From IMG/VR virus record IMGVR_UViG_3300046167_000801: DNA of 64,000 bases; one strand, given 5' to 3'. This document shows positions 22,686-32,035 of this stretch, piece after piece. The position numbers and the translations under genes are program-made. The first letter of the stretch is position 1. Each line of letters opens with the position of its first letter. Origin of the DNA: a virus (taxonomy: Duplodnaviria; Caudoviricetes). Below the pieces are notes generated by a model. That model did no database searches, was not told where the DNA came from, and saw nothing but the letters and a program-made list of their open reading frames with translations.

Positions 22686-23198
22686 ATGTTTATACCGGGT
22701 AAATTCAATGATACTCTTATTAGGAATGAAGTGATTAAATTTTTTAAACAACGGTTTAGAATTAATTTAAAACATAATGACATACACAATAAGATAGATC
22801 TTGTAGGTATAAACGATCCCACGTTAGGTGTGGAGGTTGAACATGGTAAATGGAGCGGTAATTTTTGGGAAAACAACAATTACTCACTTATATCTGAACA
22901 GTCTTTTAGGACTGCAAATATCCCAATTAGGAAAGAGAAGTATTGGTTAGATGAATATACGTACTACAATAAAGTAAGGGTTAATCCAAGTAGTCATAAG
23001 AATATATTTGTAAGGTCTAATGTTGATTTCACTCAGTTCTTGATCATTCGTCCCGAGACGGTTAGGAATTCTAAAAAGTTAGTTAGAACCAAATTTAAAC
23101 CTTCAAACAGTAATGAAGTTGAGGAATGGTTATCCTTCAGGGAAAGTGATGTAGAAACTTACAATGTAAAAAATGGAAAATACTATAAAGTAAAATAA
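22686..23198 (+). CDS. Hypothetical protein, possible PD-(D/E)XK endonuclease
   Basis: IDLVG...GVEVEH pattern resembles a D...(E/D)xE catalytic core. Confidence 0.4.
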   Translation: MFIPGKFNDTLIRNEVIKFFKQRFRINLKHNDIHNKIDLVGINDPTLGVEVEHGKWSGNFWENNNYSLISEQSFRTANIPIRKEKYWLDEYTYYNKVRVNPSSHKNIFVRSNVDFTQFLIIRPETVRNSKKLVRTKFKPSNSNEVEEWLSFRESDVETYNVKNGKYYKVK

Positions 23199-25538
23199 AT
23201 GAAACACGAAAATCCATACATAAAAGTAACATGGCATGATACCCCTGAAGCATTCACACCTGAAAAAATGAAGAGGGTTAAAAATTACTTTAAAGAAAAA
23301 TACAACACTAGATTCATTAAGGTAATTACCAAAATTCAAACCACAAACAATAATAATAAACTAAAATCACTAGAAATAAGTGAAAGTATTTTAGATCCTA
23401 ATTATCAGAAGTTATTAATGAATGACTTCATTAAACAAAATAACATTGTTACTCATGGTGACATGATTGATAGATTAGATAATAAGGTTAATGAAACTAT
23501 TTTTGCACAAGATGAGACAATTATCAAGTATAATAGGTGGTATATTAAAAATGTTGAGTTTTCAAACTTTCTATCTTTTGGGGAAAACAATAAAATAGAT
23601 TTTGAGAATTTAGACGGTATTACTGTTGTGGAATCTAATCCAAGGAATTTTGGTGGGAAATCTACCTCTACAGTAGATTTATTAATGTTTTTATTCTTTA
23701 ACAGCACCACCAAAACAAACAAATCTGAAGAGATTTTTAATAGATTTACCGATAAAAACCGTGTACATGTAAAAGGTGTGATAACTATCGATGGTGAGGA
23801 CTATGTGATTGAAAGAGAAGTAACTAGAAAATTAGGTAGATCTGAGAAATACACAGTAAAAAATGATTTACAGTTTCATAAAATTCTTGAAGATGGCACA
23901 TATAAGAACTTATCGGGAGAACAACGTAAAGAAACGGAAAAGTTCATTGTCAAAGCAATAGGAACGAAAAAAGACTTCCTCTCAACAATATTAACCACAG
24001 GATATAACTTAGAGGAGTTGATAGACACCAAACCAACCGAAAGAGGTCAAATACTTACGAAATTTATAGGTCTAGAGGCGTTAAAAGAGAAGGAAAGGGT
24101 TTGTAGGGAAATGAAAAACACCTATGAAAGAAAGATGTTATCTAACACTAAAGATAAGTTTACCTTAGAGAATCAGATAGAGACATATTATGATCAGATT
24201 AAAATAAAGGATGGGGAAATTTCTAAGAAAAAGAAGGATTTAACAGATGCAACTAAAAAATTAAAAGATTTAGAAGAAAAGAAAGAGAAAATATTAAGTG
24301 AGAAACACACTGATGTTGATCAGACCTTAGTGAAGACCAATCCAACCACAATTAAGAGTGAAATTAAAGATTGTGATGAAAAAATAAAAAGACTTAATAA
24401 GACTTTAAAAGAAACAGTTGTAAAGGAACCTAAAGATTATTATTTAGAAGAAAAACATGATTCAATAAAGGACTTATTGAGGGATTTATCATTTAAAGTA
24501 AAGGAGGATACTCACAACATAAAAAAATGTGAGGACCAAATACACCAATTAACTGAGGGGAGCACATGTCCTACATGTAAACGACCTTTAGAGGGCGTGG
24601 ACCACACCAAAGAAATAAACTCTAAAAAATTAGAAATCAAGGATTTTGAGAAAACCATTGATAAAACTAATAAGACAATTGAAATAACGACCGAAGAGGA
24701 AGTCAAATTCTCAACACTGAAAAAAGAATACGAGACCTATGAAAAAAATAAACTTATCAATACTCGATACGAACTTGAGATTAGACAAATCGAGATGGAT
24801 AAGAAGGATAAAAAAAACAAACTAGAATTTTTTGAAGCTAACAAAAAGAAACACGAAAGAAATATACAAATAGATAAAGATCTAATAGTACTCAGAACTC
24901 AAATAGACACTGCGTCTTCTGACATTAAACAATCAAATATTTTGGTTGAAAGGTATAAGAATGATATAAAGAACTTTAACGAAAAAATCGACATTAATAA
25001 GAAATTAATAAAAGAAATATTGGTGGAGGAGAAAGTTTTAGAAACATATAAAGTATATTTAACCGTGTTTGGTAAAAATGGTATTTCTAAAACTATTCTG
25101 AGAGACATGATCCCATTTTTAAACAATGAACTAAGTCATTTATTGGATGATAGTTGTATGTTTAAATTAGAGATTAAAATTAATAGTAGTAATGAACTTG
25201 ATTTCATAATGATAGATACAGATACCAGGGTTGTGAAACCCCTTTACGCTGGTTCGGGGTATGAAAGAACAATTGCATCCTTAGCACTTAGAAGTGTACT
25301 AACAAAGGTTTCATCATTACCAAAACCAAACATTGTAGTTATGGATGAAGTATTTGGGAAGATTGCGGACGAAAATTTAGAAATGGTGGGTGAATTCTTC
25401 ATCAAAATTAAAGAATATTTCGAACACATACTAGTAATTTCACATAACCCATTAATTAGGACATGGTCGGATAACCTACTTATGATTGAGAAAAATGAAA
25501 ACATATCATCAATACAATCAATTAATACAAAAATATAA
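23199..25538 (+). CDS. sbcC: SbcC/Rad50-like ATPase (gp46-like) with an N-terminal extension
   Basis: IKNVEFSNFLSFG, Walker A NFGGKST, long coiled coil with CPTCKRP zinc hook, signature variant GSGYE, Walker B VVMDEVFG and H-loop VISH. Confidence 0.92.
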   Translation: MKHENPYIKVTWHDTPEAFTPEKMKRVKNYFKEKYNTRFIKVITKIQTTNNNNKLKSLEISESILDPNYQKLLMNDFIKQNNIVTHGDMIDRLDNKVNETIFAQDETIIKYNRWYIKNVEFSNFLSFGENNKIDFENLDGITVVESNPRNFGGKSTSTVDLLMFLFFNSTTKTNKSEEIFNRFTDKNRVHVKGVITIDGEDYVIEREVTRKLGRSEKYTVKNDLQFHKILEDGTYKNLSGEQRKETEKFIVKAIGTKKDFLSTILTTGYNLEELIDTKPTERGQILTKFIGLEALKEKERVCREMKNTYERKMLSNTKDKFTLENQIETYYDQIKIKDGEISKKKKDLTDATKKLKDLEEKKEKILSEKHTDVDQTLVKTNPTTIKSEIKDCDEKIKRLNKTLKETVVKEPKDYYLEEKHDSIKDLLRDLSFKVKEDTHNIKKCEDQIHQLTEGSTCPTCKRPLEGVDHTKEINSKKLEIKDFEKTIDKTNKTIEITTEEEVKFSTLKKEYETYEKNKLINTRYELEIRQIEMDKKDKKNKLEFFEANKKKHERNIQIDKDLIVLRTQIDTASSDIKQSNILVERYKNDIKNFNEKIDINKKLIKEILVEEKVLETYKVYLTVFGKNGISKTILRDMIPFLNNELSHLLDDSCMFKLEIKINSSNELDFIMIDTDTRVVKPLYAGSGYERTIASLALRSVLTKVSSLPKPNIVVMDEVFGKIADENLEMVGEFFIKIKEYFEHILVISHNPLIRTWSDNLLMIEKNENISSIQSINTKI

Positions 25539-25546
25539 CAAGAATA

Positions 25547-25577
25547 CTTGTACATTCAACAAATTTGTTTAACTTTG
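25547..25577 (+). promoter_or_regulatory. Bacteroidota housekeeping-type promoter (CTTG-N19-TAACTTTG)
   Basis: Matches the known TTTG-N19-21-TAnnTTTG consensus, 20 nt upstream of the clpP ATG at 25598. Confidence 0.6.
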
Positions 25578-25597
25578 AAAAATCAACAAAACACATT

Positions 25598-26272
25598 ATG
25601 ATACCAAAAGAATATAAAGATTTCAACCTTTACGCAAGAGACCAAAAAGTGAGTGGTTCTCAATTAGATTATTACAATAAACAAATAGAGAATAGTCTAA
25701 CTCCTTATATATTAGAAGAGAGACAAATGAACGTTACCGTAATGGATGTGTTCTCAAGATTAATGATGGAGAGAATCATATGGGTTGCGGGTCCTGTGAA
25801 TGATAACATGTCAACAATCGTTCAGGCACAACTTATGTTCTTAGATAGTATCGATAATAATGACATTACAATGCATATCGACACACCAGGTGGTTCTGTT
25901 AAATCGGGTCTGTCTATGGTGGATGTAATGGATTATATAGATTCCGACATACAAACCATTAATACGGGAATGGCGGCGTCTATGGGTTCTATTCTTTTAG
26001 GTGCAGGAACCAAAGGGAAAAGAGGGTCACTTAGATTTTCAAGAACAATGTTACATCAATCAAGTGGAGGTTTTAGAGGAAACATACAAGATGCGGAAAT
26101 TGACATGGTTGAGTGGAAAAAACTTAATCACCAACTATTCGATCTTTTAGGGGAGTACTGTGATAAACCAGCGTCGGTAGTCATGGAGGACGCAACTCGT
26201 GATATGTGGTTATCCGCAGACGAGGCACTTAAGTATGGAATCATCGACAAAGTGGTAAAAAAGAAAAAATAA
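25598..26272 (+). CDS. clpP: ATP-dependent Clp protease proteolytic subunit
   Basis: DVFSRLMMERII, DTPGGSV..G, catalytic Ser in AASMGS, His in MLHQ and Asp in ATRD. Confidence 0.95.
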   Translation: MIPKEYKDFNLYARDQKVSGSQLDYYNKQIENSLTPYILEERQMNVTVMDVFSRLMMERIIWVAGPVNDNMSTIVQAQLMFLDSIDNNDITMHIDTPGGSVKSGLSMVDVMDYIDSDIQTINTGMAASMGSILLGAGTKGKRGSLRFSRTMLHQSSGGFRGNIQDAEIDMVEWKKLNHQLFDLLGEYCDKPASVVMEDATRDMWLSADEALKYGIIDKVVKKKK

Positions 26273-26310
26273 ATAAAAATCAATATTTATAGGAATATAA
26301 CATACACAAC

Positions 26311-27006
26311 ATGAAACGTTTATTAAACATGGATATCAAAACAGTTGCGATCATCGTGTTATGTGTATTCCTTTTATTAAGAAATTGTTCGAATGGTGAT
26401 TCCGAGACTCGAGACATAGTTAAGGTTGACGGTAAAAAGTACGAATTATTAGAACAAAAGGTCGATACCGTAATTATTGAAAAGACTGTTAAAGTTCCAA
26501 CCTATGTACCGAAGTACATTACTAAAGAGGTAATAAAAGAAGTTAAGATTCCTGCAGATATAGATTCATTGGCGGTAGTTAAAGATTACTACACCAAAAT
26601 AACTGTAAGAGATACATTACAACTTGATTACGATTTTCCCGAAGAGGTTAAGGATTCGTTAGGTAATAAACCACCATCTAATTTAGGTTACGGTATTTTG
26701 ACCGACGTGATTAGTCAGAACTCCATACAATCGAGAAATGTAAATTGGGTCTTTAAAATACCTACTGTATATAATACTAAAATTGTTAAGGATTTACCTA
26801 AAACACAATTGTATTATGGTTTTAATTTAGGTTTAAATAGAACAGATATCTTCTCAAGTGTCGGAGGAGGACTTATATTGAAGACTAAGAAGGATAAATT
26901 ATACCAACTTAATATTGGTTTAATAAATCAACCGACCCCCACATCAAGTCTTACACCTTACATTGGTGGTGGTATGTATTGGAAGTTAAATCTTAAGAAA
27001 AAATAA
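26311..27006 (+). CDS. Membrane-anchored or lipoprotein-like protein with beta-rich C-terminus
   Basis: N-terminal hydrophobic segment ending LLLRNC, and C-terminal amphipathic beta strands ending YWKLNLKKK. Confidence 0.6.
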   Translation: MKRLLNMDIKTVAIIVLCVFLLLRNCSNGDSETRDIVKVDGKKYELLEQKVDTVIIEKTVKVPTYVPKYITKEVIKEVKIPADIDSLAVVKDYYTKITVRDTLQLDYDFPEEVKDSLGNKPPSNLGYGILTDVISQNSIQSRNVNWVFKIPTVYNTKIVKDLPKTQLYYGFNLGLNRTDIFSSVGGGLILKTKKDKLYQLNIGLINQPTPTSSLTPYIGGGMYWKLNLKKK

Positions 27007-27459
27007 ATGACAAATACTTTTATACTTTTTATTTTCGGTATGTTTGAGGACACTGAGGATATTGAGTTCTATTGTAATGAAATACTATTAGAAAATCCTG
27101 CGGTTAAATCATTAAGATTTATAGTAGAAAATTCTAAGAATTTAATAGTATTAATAGAGTCAGATAAAACACAAAAAGAATTGAGTAAATCACTACATAA
27201 AGATTTACTTGATCAGAACGTAAAATTCTATTTTATATTTAGGAGAGATGAGATCGTGTCTGCACACATACCTGAACAAGTAAAGAAATTTATTTATGGG
27301 GAAGTAAAGGAAGAGGAGAAATATATTATGGTACAGTATTCTAAGATAAGTAAGGTTGATTCACTTGACTTAGATGAGGTTCTTGAAAAAATTAAAAACA
27401 AAGGAATAGATAGTTTAACAAAAGACGAAAAAAAGTTCTTAGATAATTTTGATTATTGA
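27007..27459 (+). CDS. Hypothetical protein with a C-terminal DUF6576-like helical hairpin
   Basis: C-terminal LDEVLEKIKNKGIDSLTKDEKKFL. Confidence 0.6.
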   Translation: MTNTFILFIFGMFEDTEDIEFYCNEILLENPAVKSLRFIVENSKNLIVLIESDKTQKELSKSLHKDLLDQNVKFYFIFRRDEIVSAHIPEQVKKFIYGEVKEEEKYIMVQYSKISKVDSLDLDEVLEKIKNKGIDSLTKDEKKFLDNFDY

Positions 27460-27514
27460 CTTTGTTTACATATTTTAGTAGTTCAGTATTCACATTTAAA
27501 AATTTACCACAACC

Positions 27515-28327
27515 ATGAACAAAAGCAACAGTTTTCTAAACACCGAAGAGATAAGTTTCTACCTTAAAGACGTAAAAAAAATACCAACAACCAACAACAA
27601 AAGACTTAAAGAAATTATTCATAGTCTTAAACAAGAAAACATAACCGAAAAAGAAAAATCGGCGTTACAACATGAGTTGGTAAAAGGTAATCTTAGGTTT
27701 GTTATTAGTGTTGCTAAACAATATTCAAATCAGGGGTTAGATTTACCTGATTTAATTTCAGAAGGAAATATTGGTATGATTAGAGCATCTGAAGAATTTG
27801 ACCCTCATAAAAAAGTCAGATTCATTTCTTATGCTGTGTGGTGGATTAGACAGGCAATAATGTCTTCTTTGAATGAAAATGCAAGAACAATAAGATTACC
27901 ATCTAATATTATTCAAGAACATCAGAAAGCAAAAAGAATGGTAGTTTCTGAAGATGATCCCGATTTTGTGGAAAAATATAACAAACAGGCTTCACAATAT
28001 GTTCCAAAAACCGTAAGTTTAAGTAATCCTATTAATGAAGAAGGTGATCAATTGATTGATATTGTCGTTAATAAGGACTCTCTGAATCCTGAGAGTTATT
28101 TGGAAAATGAACAAGAAAGAAAAAAACAAGTGAAGAACGCTCTATCAATTCTAAACGATAAAGAAAGAACGATAATTGAAAAATACTTTGGATTAAATGG
28201 GGTACAATGTAATTTAGAAGACTTGGGTGAAGAGTTTGGATGTACCAAAGAAAGGATCAGACAGGTAAAAGAAAAGGCAATGAAAAAACTTAGAAACGAG
28301 AGTTTTACATTATTAAAATATTTATAA
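27515..28327 (+). CDS. rpoD: RNA polymerase sigma-70 factor, Bacteroidota primary-sigma-like (no region 1.1)
   Basis: NLRFVISVAKQY.NQGL.L.DLI.EGNIG, RFISYAVWWIRQ and RTIRLP; region 4 LEDLGEEFGCTKERIRQVKEKAMKKLR. Confidence 0.93.
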   Translation: MNKSNSFLNTEEISFYLKDVKKIPTTNNKRLKEIIHSLKQENITEKEKSALQHELVKGNLRFVISVAKQYSNQGLDLPDLISEGNIGMIRASEEFDPHKKVRFISYAVWWIRQAIMSSLNENARTIRLPSNIIQEHQKAKRMVVSEDDPDFVEKYNKQASQYVPKTVSLSNPINEEGDQLIDIVVNKDSLNPESYLENEQERKKQVKNALSILNDKERTIIEKYFGLNGVQCNLEDLGEEFGCTKERIRQVKEKAMKKLRNESFTLLKYL

Positions 28328-28344
28328 TAGGAAAAAATATAATT

Positions 28345-28647
28345 ATGAAAAAATTTTTAGAAAAACATTTTATCACTGTAGTTTTCGTCATATTACTTTT
28401 TACCTTTTTTAGAGGTTGTGGTGATAGTAGAGAAATGTCTGCATTGAAAAAAGAAATGGTAGAATTAAAGGAGTTCACCAAAGAAAGAACTTATACTAAA
28501 GAACAATTAGATCTAAGATTAAAAATCGAAGGATTAAAGAGTGAACATAGAATGATACAGGCAACTGACAGAAAAATGTTTGACTTAAACAGACAAACTC
28601 AAATTGAAAAAGAGTTAGAGCTATTACAAAGTGAACTTTTAAAGTAG
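28345..28647 (+). CDS. Membrane-anchored coiled-coil protein, possibly a lipoprotein or spanin-like
   Basis: N-terminal hydrophobic helix ending FRGC, followed by a coiled coil. Confidence 0.55.
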   Translation: MKKFLEKHFITVVFVILLFTFFRGCGDSREMSALKKEMVELKEFTKERTYTKEQLDLRLKIEGLKSEHRMIQATDRKMFDLNRQTQIEKELELLQSELLK

Positions 28648-29862
28648 ATGGGTAAATGGTTGAAGAATAACTTTAGGTTATTAATTTATATTTCGTTTTT
28701 AGTTCCGATCATAACGGTAGCGATAGTTTCTATATCTCACGTTACTGTATGGTATGGTATATCTAATCCAATGTCATGGGCATTATATCTATCAATAGGG
28801 ATAGAGATTGCCGCATTATCCGCATTGGCCGCCATCTCGGCTCAAATGGGATCTAAAGTTTATGTACCCTTTGGTATTGTTACCTTAATACAGTTTATTG
28901 GTAATATTTTCTTCGCATTTGAATTCATTAAAATAGGTAATGAACAGTTTCTCTCTTGGGTAGAGTTAACAGGACCAATATTGGAATACATTGGTATAGA
29001 ACAAGGGGACTTACAATCACATAGAAGATTCTTAGCGATATTTGCGGGTGGTATGTTACCACTAATTTCATTATCATTCCTACACATGTTAGTAAAATTT
29101 AATGAGGAGAATAATGTTGATGCAACTAAAGAGGAGAACGGAGAAGACACTAAAAAAGTAATTGAAGAAGAAACAAAAATAAAACCCACTAATGAAGAAT
29201 TAGATAAGTTAGAACACTTATTAAACAAATTCAAACCAGAGGAAAGAGTCGAACCACCAACACCCGACTTACCTGATGAAGCGAGAGGTTTTGAACCACC
29301 TTCAAAAGTAGAAGATGTCTTTGATGAAAAACCACCTGAGTGGTTTACTGAACAACCTCCAATAAGTGATGAGGAATTGGAACAATGGGCTAAGGAATCT
29401 GAAGACGAGTGGGACGAAGATCATGCATTAGATATGGTAATGAATGATATGGTTCAAGATTTAACAGAGGAGGACCTTAAAGAAATTGAGGTTAACGAAC
29501 CTGAAGAAGTGAAAGAAGAACCTACCCCTAATAAAGTCTCCAATAGATATGAACAAAGAAGTGATTATTTAACTAAAAGTACTGATTGGGATTCAAAAGA
29601 AAAGGAAGGTATATTACCAGATACAATAGAAACTGCGGAGTTAGATTTACAGACAGGAGAAATTTCGACACCCACACCAAAGAAAGAGGTTAGTGTTGAT
29701 ATAGATGAAAATCAATTTACCCCAAAGAATGATTTTGATGTCGATGTGGAGATAAAACCATCACCCACACCAACCCCCACTACTTCACCATTTCCAAACT
29801 TCGTTGTTGGAAAAATACAAGACGAATTGCAGGATCAAACAGAACCTGAAAAAAAAAATTAG
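28648..29862 (+). CDS. Multi-pass membrane protein with a long acidic tail
   Basis: About 4 hydrophobic helices in the first 150 aa and a Glu/Pro-rich C-terminus ending on an A10 run. Confidence 0.8.
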   Translation: MGKWLKNNFRLLIYISFLVPIITVAIVSISHVTVWYGISNPMSWALYLSIGIEIAALSALAAISAQMGSKVYVPFGIVTLIQFIGNIFFAFEFIKIGNEQFLSWVELTGPILEYIGIEQGDLQSHRRFLAIFAGGMLPLISLSFLHMLVKFNEENNVDATKEENGEDTKKVIEEETKIKPTNEELDKLEHLLNKFKPEERVEPPTPDLPDEARGFEPPSKVEDVFDEKPPEWFTEQPPISDEELEQWAKESEDEWDEDHALDMVMNDMVQDLTEEDLKEIEVNEPEEVKEEPTPNKVSNRYEQRSDYLTKSTDWDSKEKEGILPDTIETAELDLQTGEISTPTPKKEVSVDIDENQFTPKNDFDVDVEIKPSPTPTPTTSPFPNFVVGKIQDELQDQTEPEKKN

Positions 29863-30209
29863 AAGAAGTACTACCTACAGGAACCCAAATTCCAACATTG
29901 ACTTCGGTACCTTTTAATACTCCCACACCTTACCCCACAAGTACGGTAATTCCAACTAGTACACCACAACCTACACCTTACCCCACAAGTAGTCCTACAC
30001 CAAACCCTACTAATACTCCAACTCCCACACCCACGGTAAGTGGTACACCCACACCAACTCCAACCAATACACCTACACCATCACCCACAGTATTTGTGGA
30101 CGACCTTTATATGGAACCTAAAGTTATACCACAAGAACCATATATGATGGTAGGGTCAAAAGTAATCACTAGAAATGTTGGAAATTCGAGACGTAGAAAC
30201 AATAGATAA
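29850..30209 (+). CDS. PT-rich reading frame, probably a -1 frameshift extension of 28648..29862
   Basis: The frame opens on the A10 run ([16 protein letters not shown]...), has no ATG near its 5' end, and PT-rich coding continues the PT motif at the end of the upstream ORF. Confidence 0.6.
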   Translation, partial: KKKLEEVLPTGTQIPTLTSVPFNTPTPYPTSTVIPTSTPQPTPYPTSSPTPNPTNTPTPTPTVSGTPTPTPTNTPTPSPTVFVDDLYMEPKVIPQEPYMMVGSKVITRNVGNSRRRNNR

Positions 30210-30780
30210 AAAAAAATTAAACCACATTGGTAGAAAATATAAAAAGAAACAAATTCTTTTATATGATACTAAACGTAGGATTGATGACTTTGTCGGTAAA
30301 TTAAAATATAGACAAGATGGTAATTATGAGGATATTCCTCATTTTATTGTTTCTAAGATGGGGGACATATACCAAGTTTTGGACATGGATTATTCTTCAG
30401 TTACGTTTGGTAATCATGAATTAGACAAAAAACAAGTTAAAATTGCGGTTGAAAATTTGGGGTGGTTACAAAAGAACACTATAACGGGTTATTATAGTAA
30501 TTGGATAGGTGACCCCCATAGAAGTGACCCATTTATTAGAAGTTGGAGAGATAAATTTTATTGGGATCGTTATACTGACCAACAAATGGAAAGTATTGTT
30601 AATTTATGTGAATATATCTGTGAAGAGAAACAAATACATAAAAGAGTGGTTCCCAGTCACGGTTACATAGAAAAGATAGATAAATTTAAAGGAATTGTAT
30701 GTAAATCCAATTTTTCAAATATTTATACAGATATAAACCCTTCGTTTAATTTTAAAAAATTCTTAGACGATGAAATATAA
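30175..30780 (+). CDS. Amidase_2 (N-acetylmuramoyl-L-alanine amidase)-fold protein with apparently degenerate Zn ligands
   Basis: [14 protein letters not shown]...[27 protein letters not shown] and [13 protein letters not shown] align with the amidase_2 scaffold. Confidence 0.7.
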   Translation: MLEIRDVETIDKKKLNHIGRKYKKKQILLYDTKRRIDDFVGKLKYRQDGNYEDIPHFIVSKMGDIYQVLDMDYSSVTFGNHELDKKQVKIAVENLGWLQKNTITGYYSNWIGDPHRSDPFIRSWRDKFYWDRYTDQQMESIVNLCEYICEEKQIHKRVVPSHGYIEKIDKFKGIVCKSNFSNIYTDINPSFNFKKFLDDEI

Positions 30781-31267
30781 AACACATATGAACTACGATA
30801 ATACTAAAAAAATGTTGAATACTCTAAGGAATCTGACAGAGTCAACACTTGAAAAAGGGACAATTTCAGAGCAAGAGGAGAAAAAAGAATTAAAAGACAA
30901 TGTAATCGTCGTCAATGGTGTTGAAGTGAGACTCATTTCTTCAACTGATGAGGATTTGGATGTTAACGAGGTACAAAAGAAGACCATAGGGGACGTGATT
31001 AGTAATTTCGGTACACAGGTATCGGATTTAGGTGATCTTCGACCAGGCGTTACAATACAATCTAATCAAGTAAGATTAGATGGTAATTTACCTGACGTTG
31101 GTTTAGATTTTGTAATAATTGCAGGTGAAAATAAAGGTACATACCTTAATACCGCTATGTTAAAAGTGAATTATGACCTATTAGAGTCAATTCAAAAACT
31201 TTTAAAGTTTGAAGATGTATTCGCAGATGCAATGAATGACCTAATATCTCAAAGAAGAATAGATTAA
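30770..31267 (+). CDS. Hypothetical protein
   Basis: Track ORF. An alternative ATG is at 30788, and TATTTATA lies upstream at 30720. Confidence 0.7.
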   Translation: MKYKTHMNYDNTKKMLNTLRNLTESTLEKGTISEQEEKKELKDNVIVVNGVEVRLISSTDEDLDVNEVQKKTIGDVISNFGTQVSDLGDLRPGVTIQSNQVRLDGNLPDVGLDFVIIAGENKGTYLNTAMLKVNYDLLESIQKLLKFEDVFADAMNDLISQRRID

Positions 31268-31268
31268 T

Positions 31269-31514
31269 ATGGCTCTTACAACCACAGATAAAAATCAAAT
31301 ACAGACTATTGCTAAGAAAGAGATAAAGGACTTTCTTAATGGTACTCAAGCACATAAAATCGTGGTTGATATGGTTAAAAAAGAGATGGGGGCAAGAGAC
31401 ATTAATAAAAAGGTGGTGGAATTATCTACTAAAGTTGTTGTTGAGTTGTTTAAACAATTATGGCAACGTAAGTCTTTTTGGGAAGGACCTTTGAAAAACA
31501 TTAACACTAAGTAA
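31269..31514 (+). CDS. Small hypothetical protein
   Basis: Track ORF in operon-like packing (TAATG overlap with the next gene). Confidence 0.7.
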   Translation: MALTTTDKNQIQTIAKKEIKDFLNGTQAHKIVVDMVKKEMGARDINKKVVELSTKVVVELFKQLWQRKSFWEGPLKNINTK

Positions 31515-32035
31515 TGAAAAAAGAAACCAAGGAAGCAACAATGGCGGGTGGTTCTTCAGGATCATTTGAGGCACCTATGAATTTTATTAGTAAGAGAGAA
31601 ATATATAAAATCCATAATAGTAAGAAATACAACGAGGAAGAACCTAAAGAAGAGGAATTTACTGAAGCAATGACTTCAGCTACGTCATCGGCGGGACAAT
31701 ACGACGCACCGTTTGGTAGTGGGGGTAAAGATCCACTTAAAATAGGTGGACCTAAGACGATTGTACAACGTATGAAACATATGAGAAAAACTAATTTCCC
31801 AATGTATGGTGGAAAGGGTGGTTCATATGTTAAAGTGAAGGAAAAATGTAAAAAATTTCCATACTGTGAGGAGGGAGACATTAATGCTTTAGAATTCTAT
31901 GAAAATGATGAATTAAATGAGGCAGTGAAGAACGTTTCAAAAAAATACGGATTACCTTATAAAGAGGTGGAGAAATTAGTAATAAATGAGATAAAGGATA
32001 TATTTATAGAATATGAAAGTTTCAGAACTAAATAA
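31514..32035 (+). CDS. Hypothetical protein with a CKKFPYC motif
   Basis: Track ORF with TAATG coupling to the previous gene. Confidence 0.7.
   Translation: MKKETKEATMAGGSSGSFEAPMNFISKREIYKIHNSKKYNEEEPKEEEFTEAMTSATSSAGQYDAPFGSGGKDPLKIGGPKTIVQRMKHMRKTNFPMYGGKGGSYVKVKEKCKKFPYCEEGDINALEFYENDELNEAVKNVSKKYGLPYKEVEKLVINEIKDIFIEYESFRTK

Noticed and set aside
27456-27490. TTGACT upstream of the sigma gene as a member of the N17 promoter class
   Set aside because: The sequence at 17-nt spacing (TAGTTC) is a poor -10 match, so it was not called.
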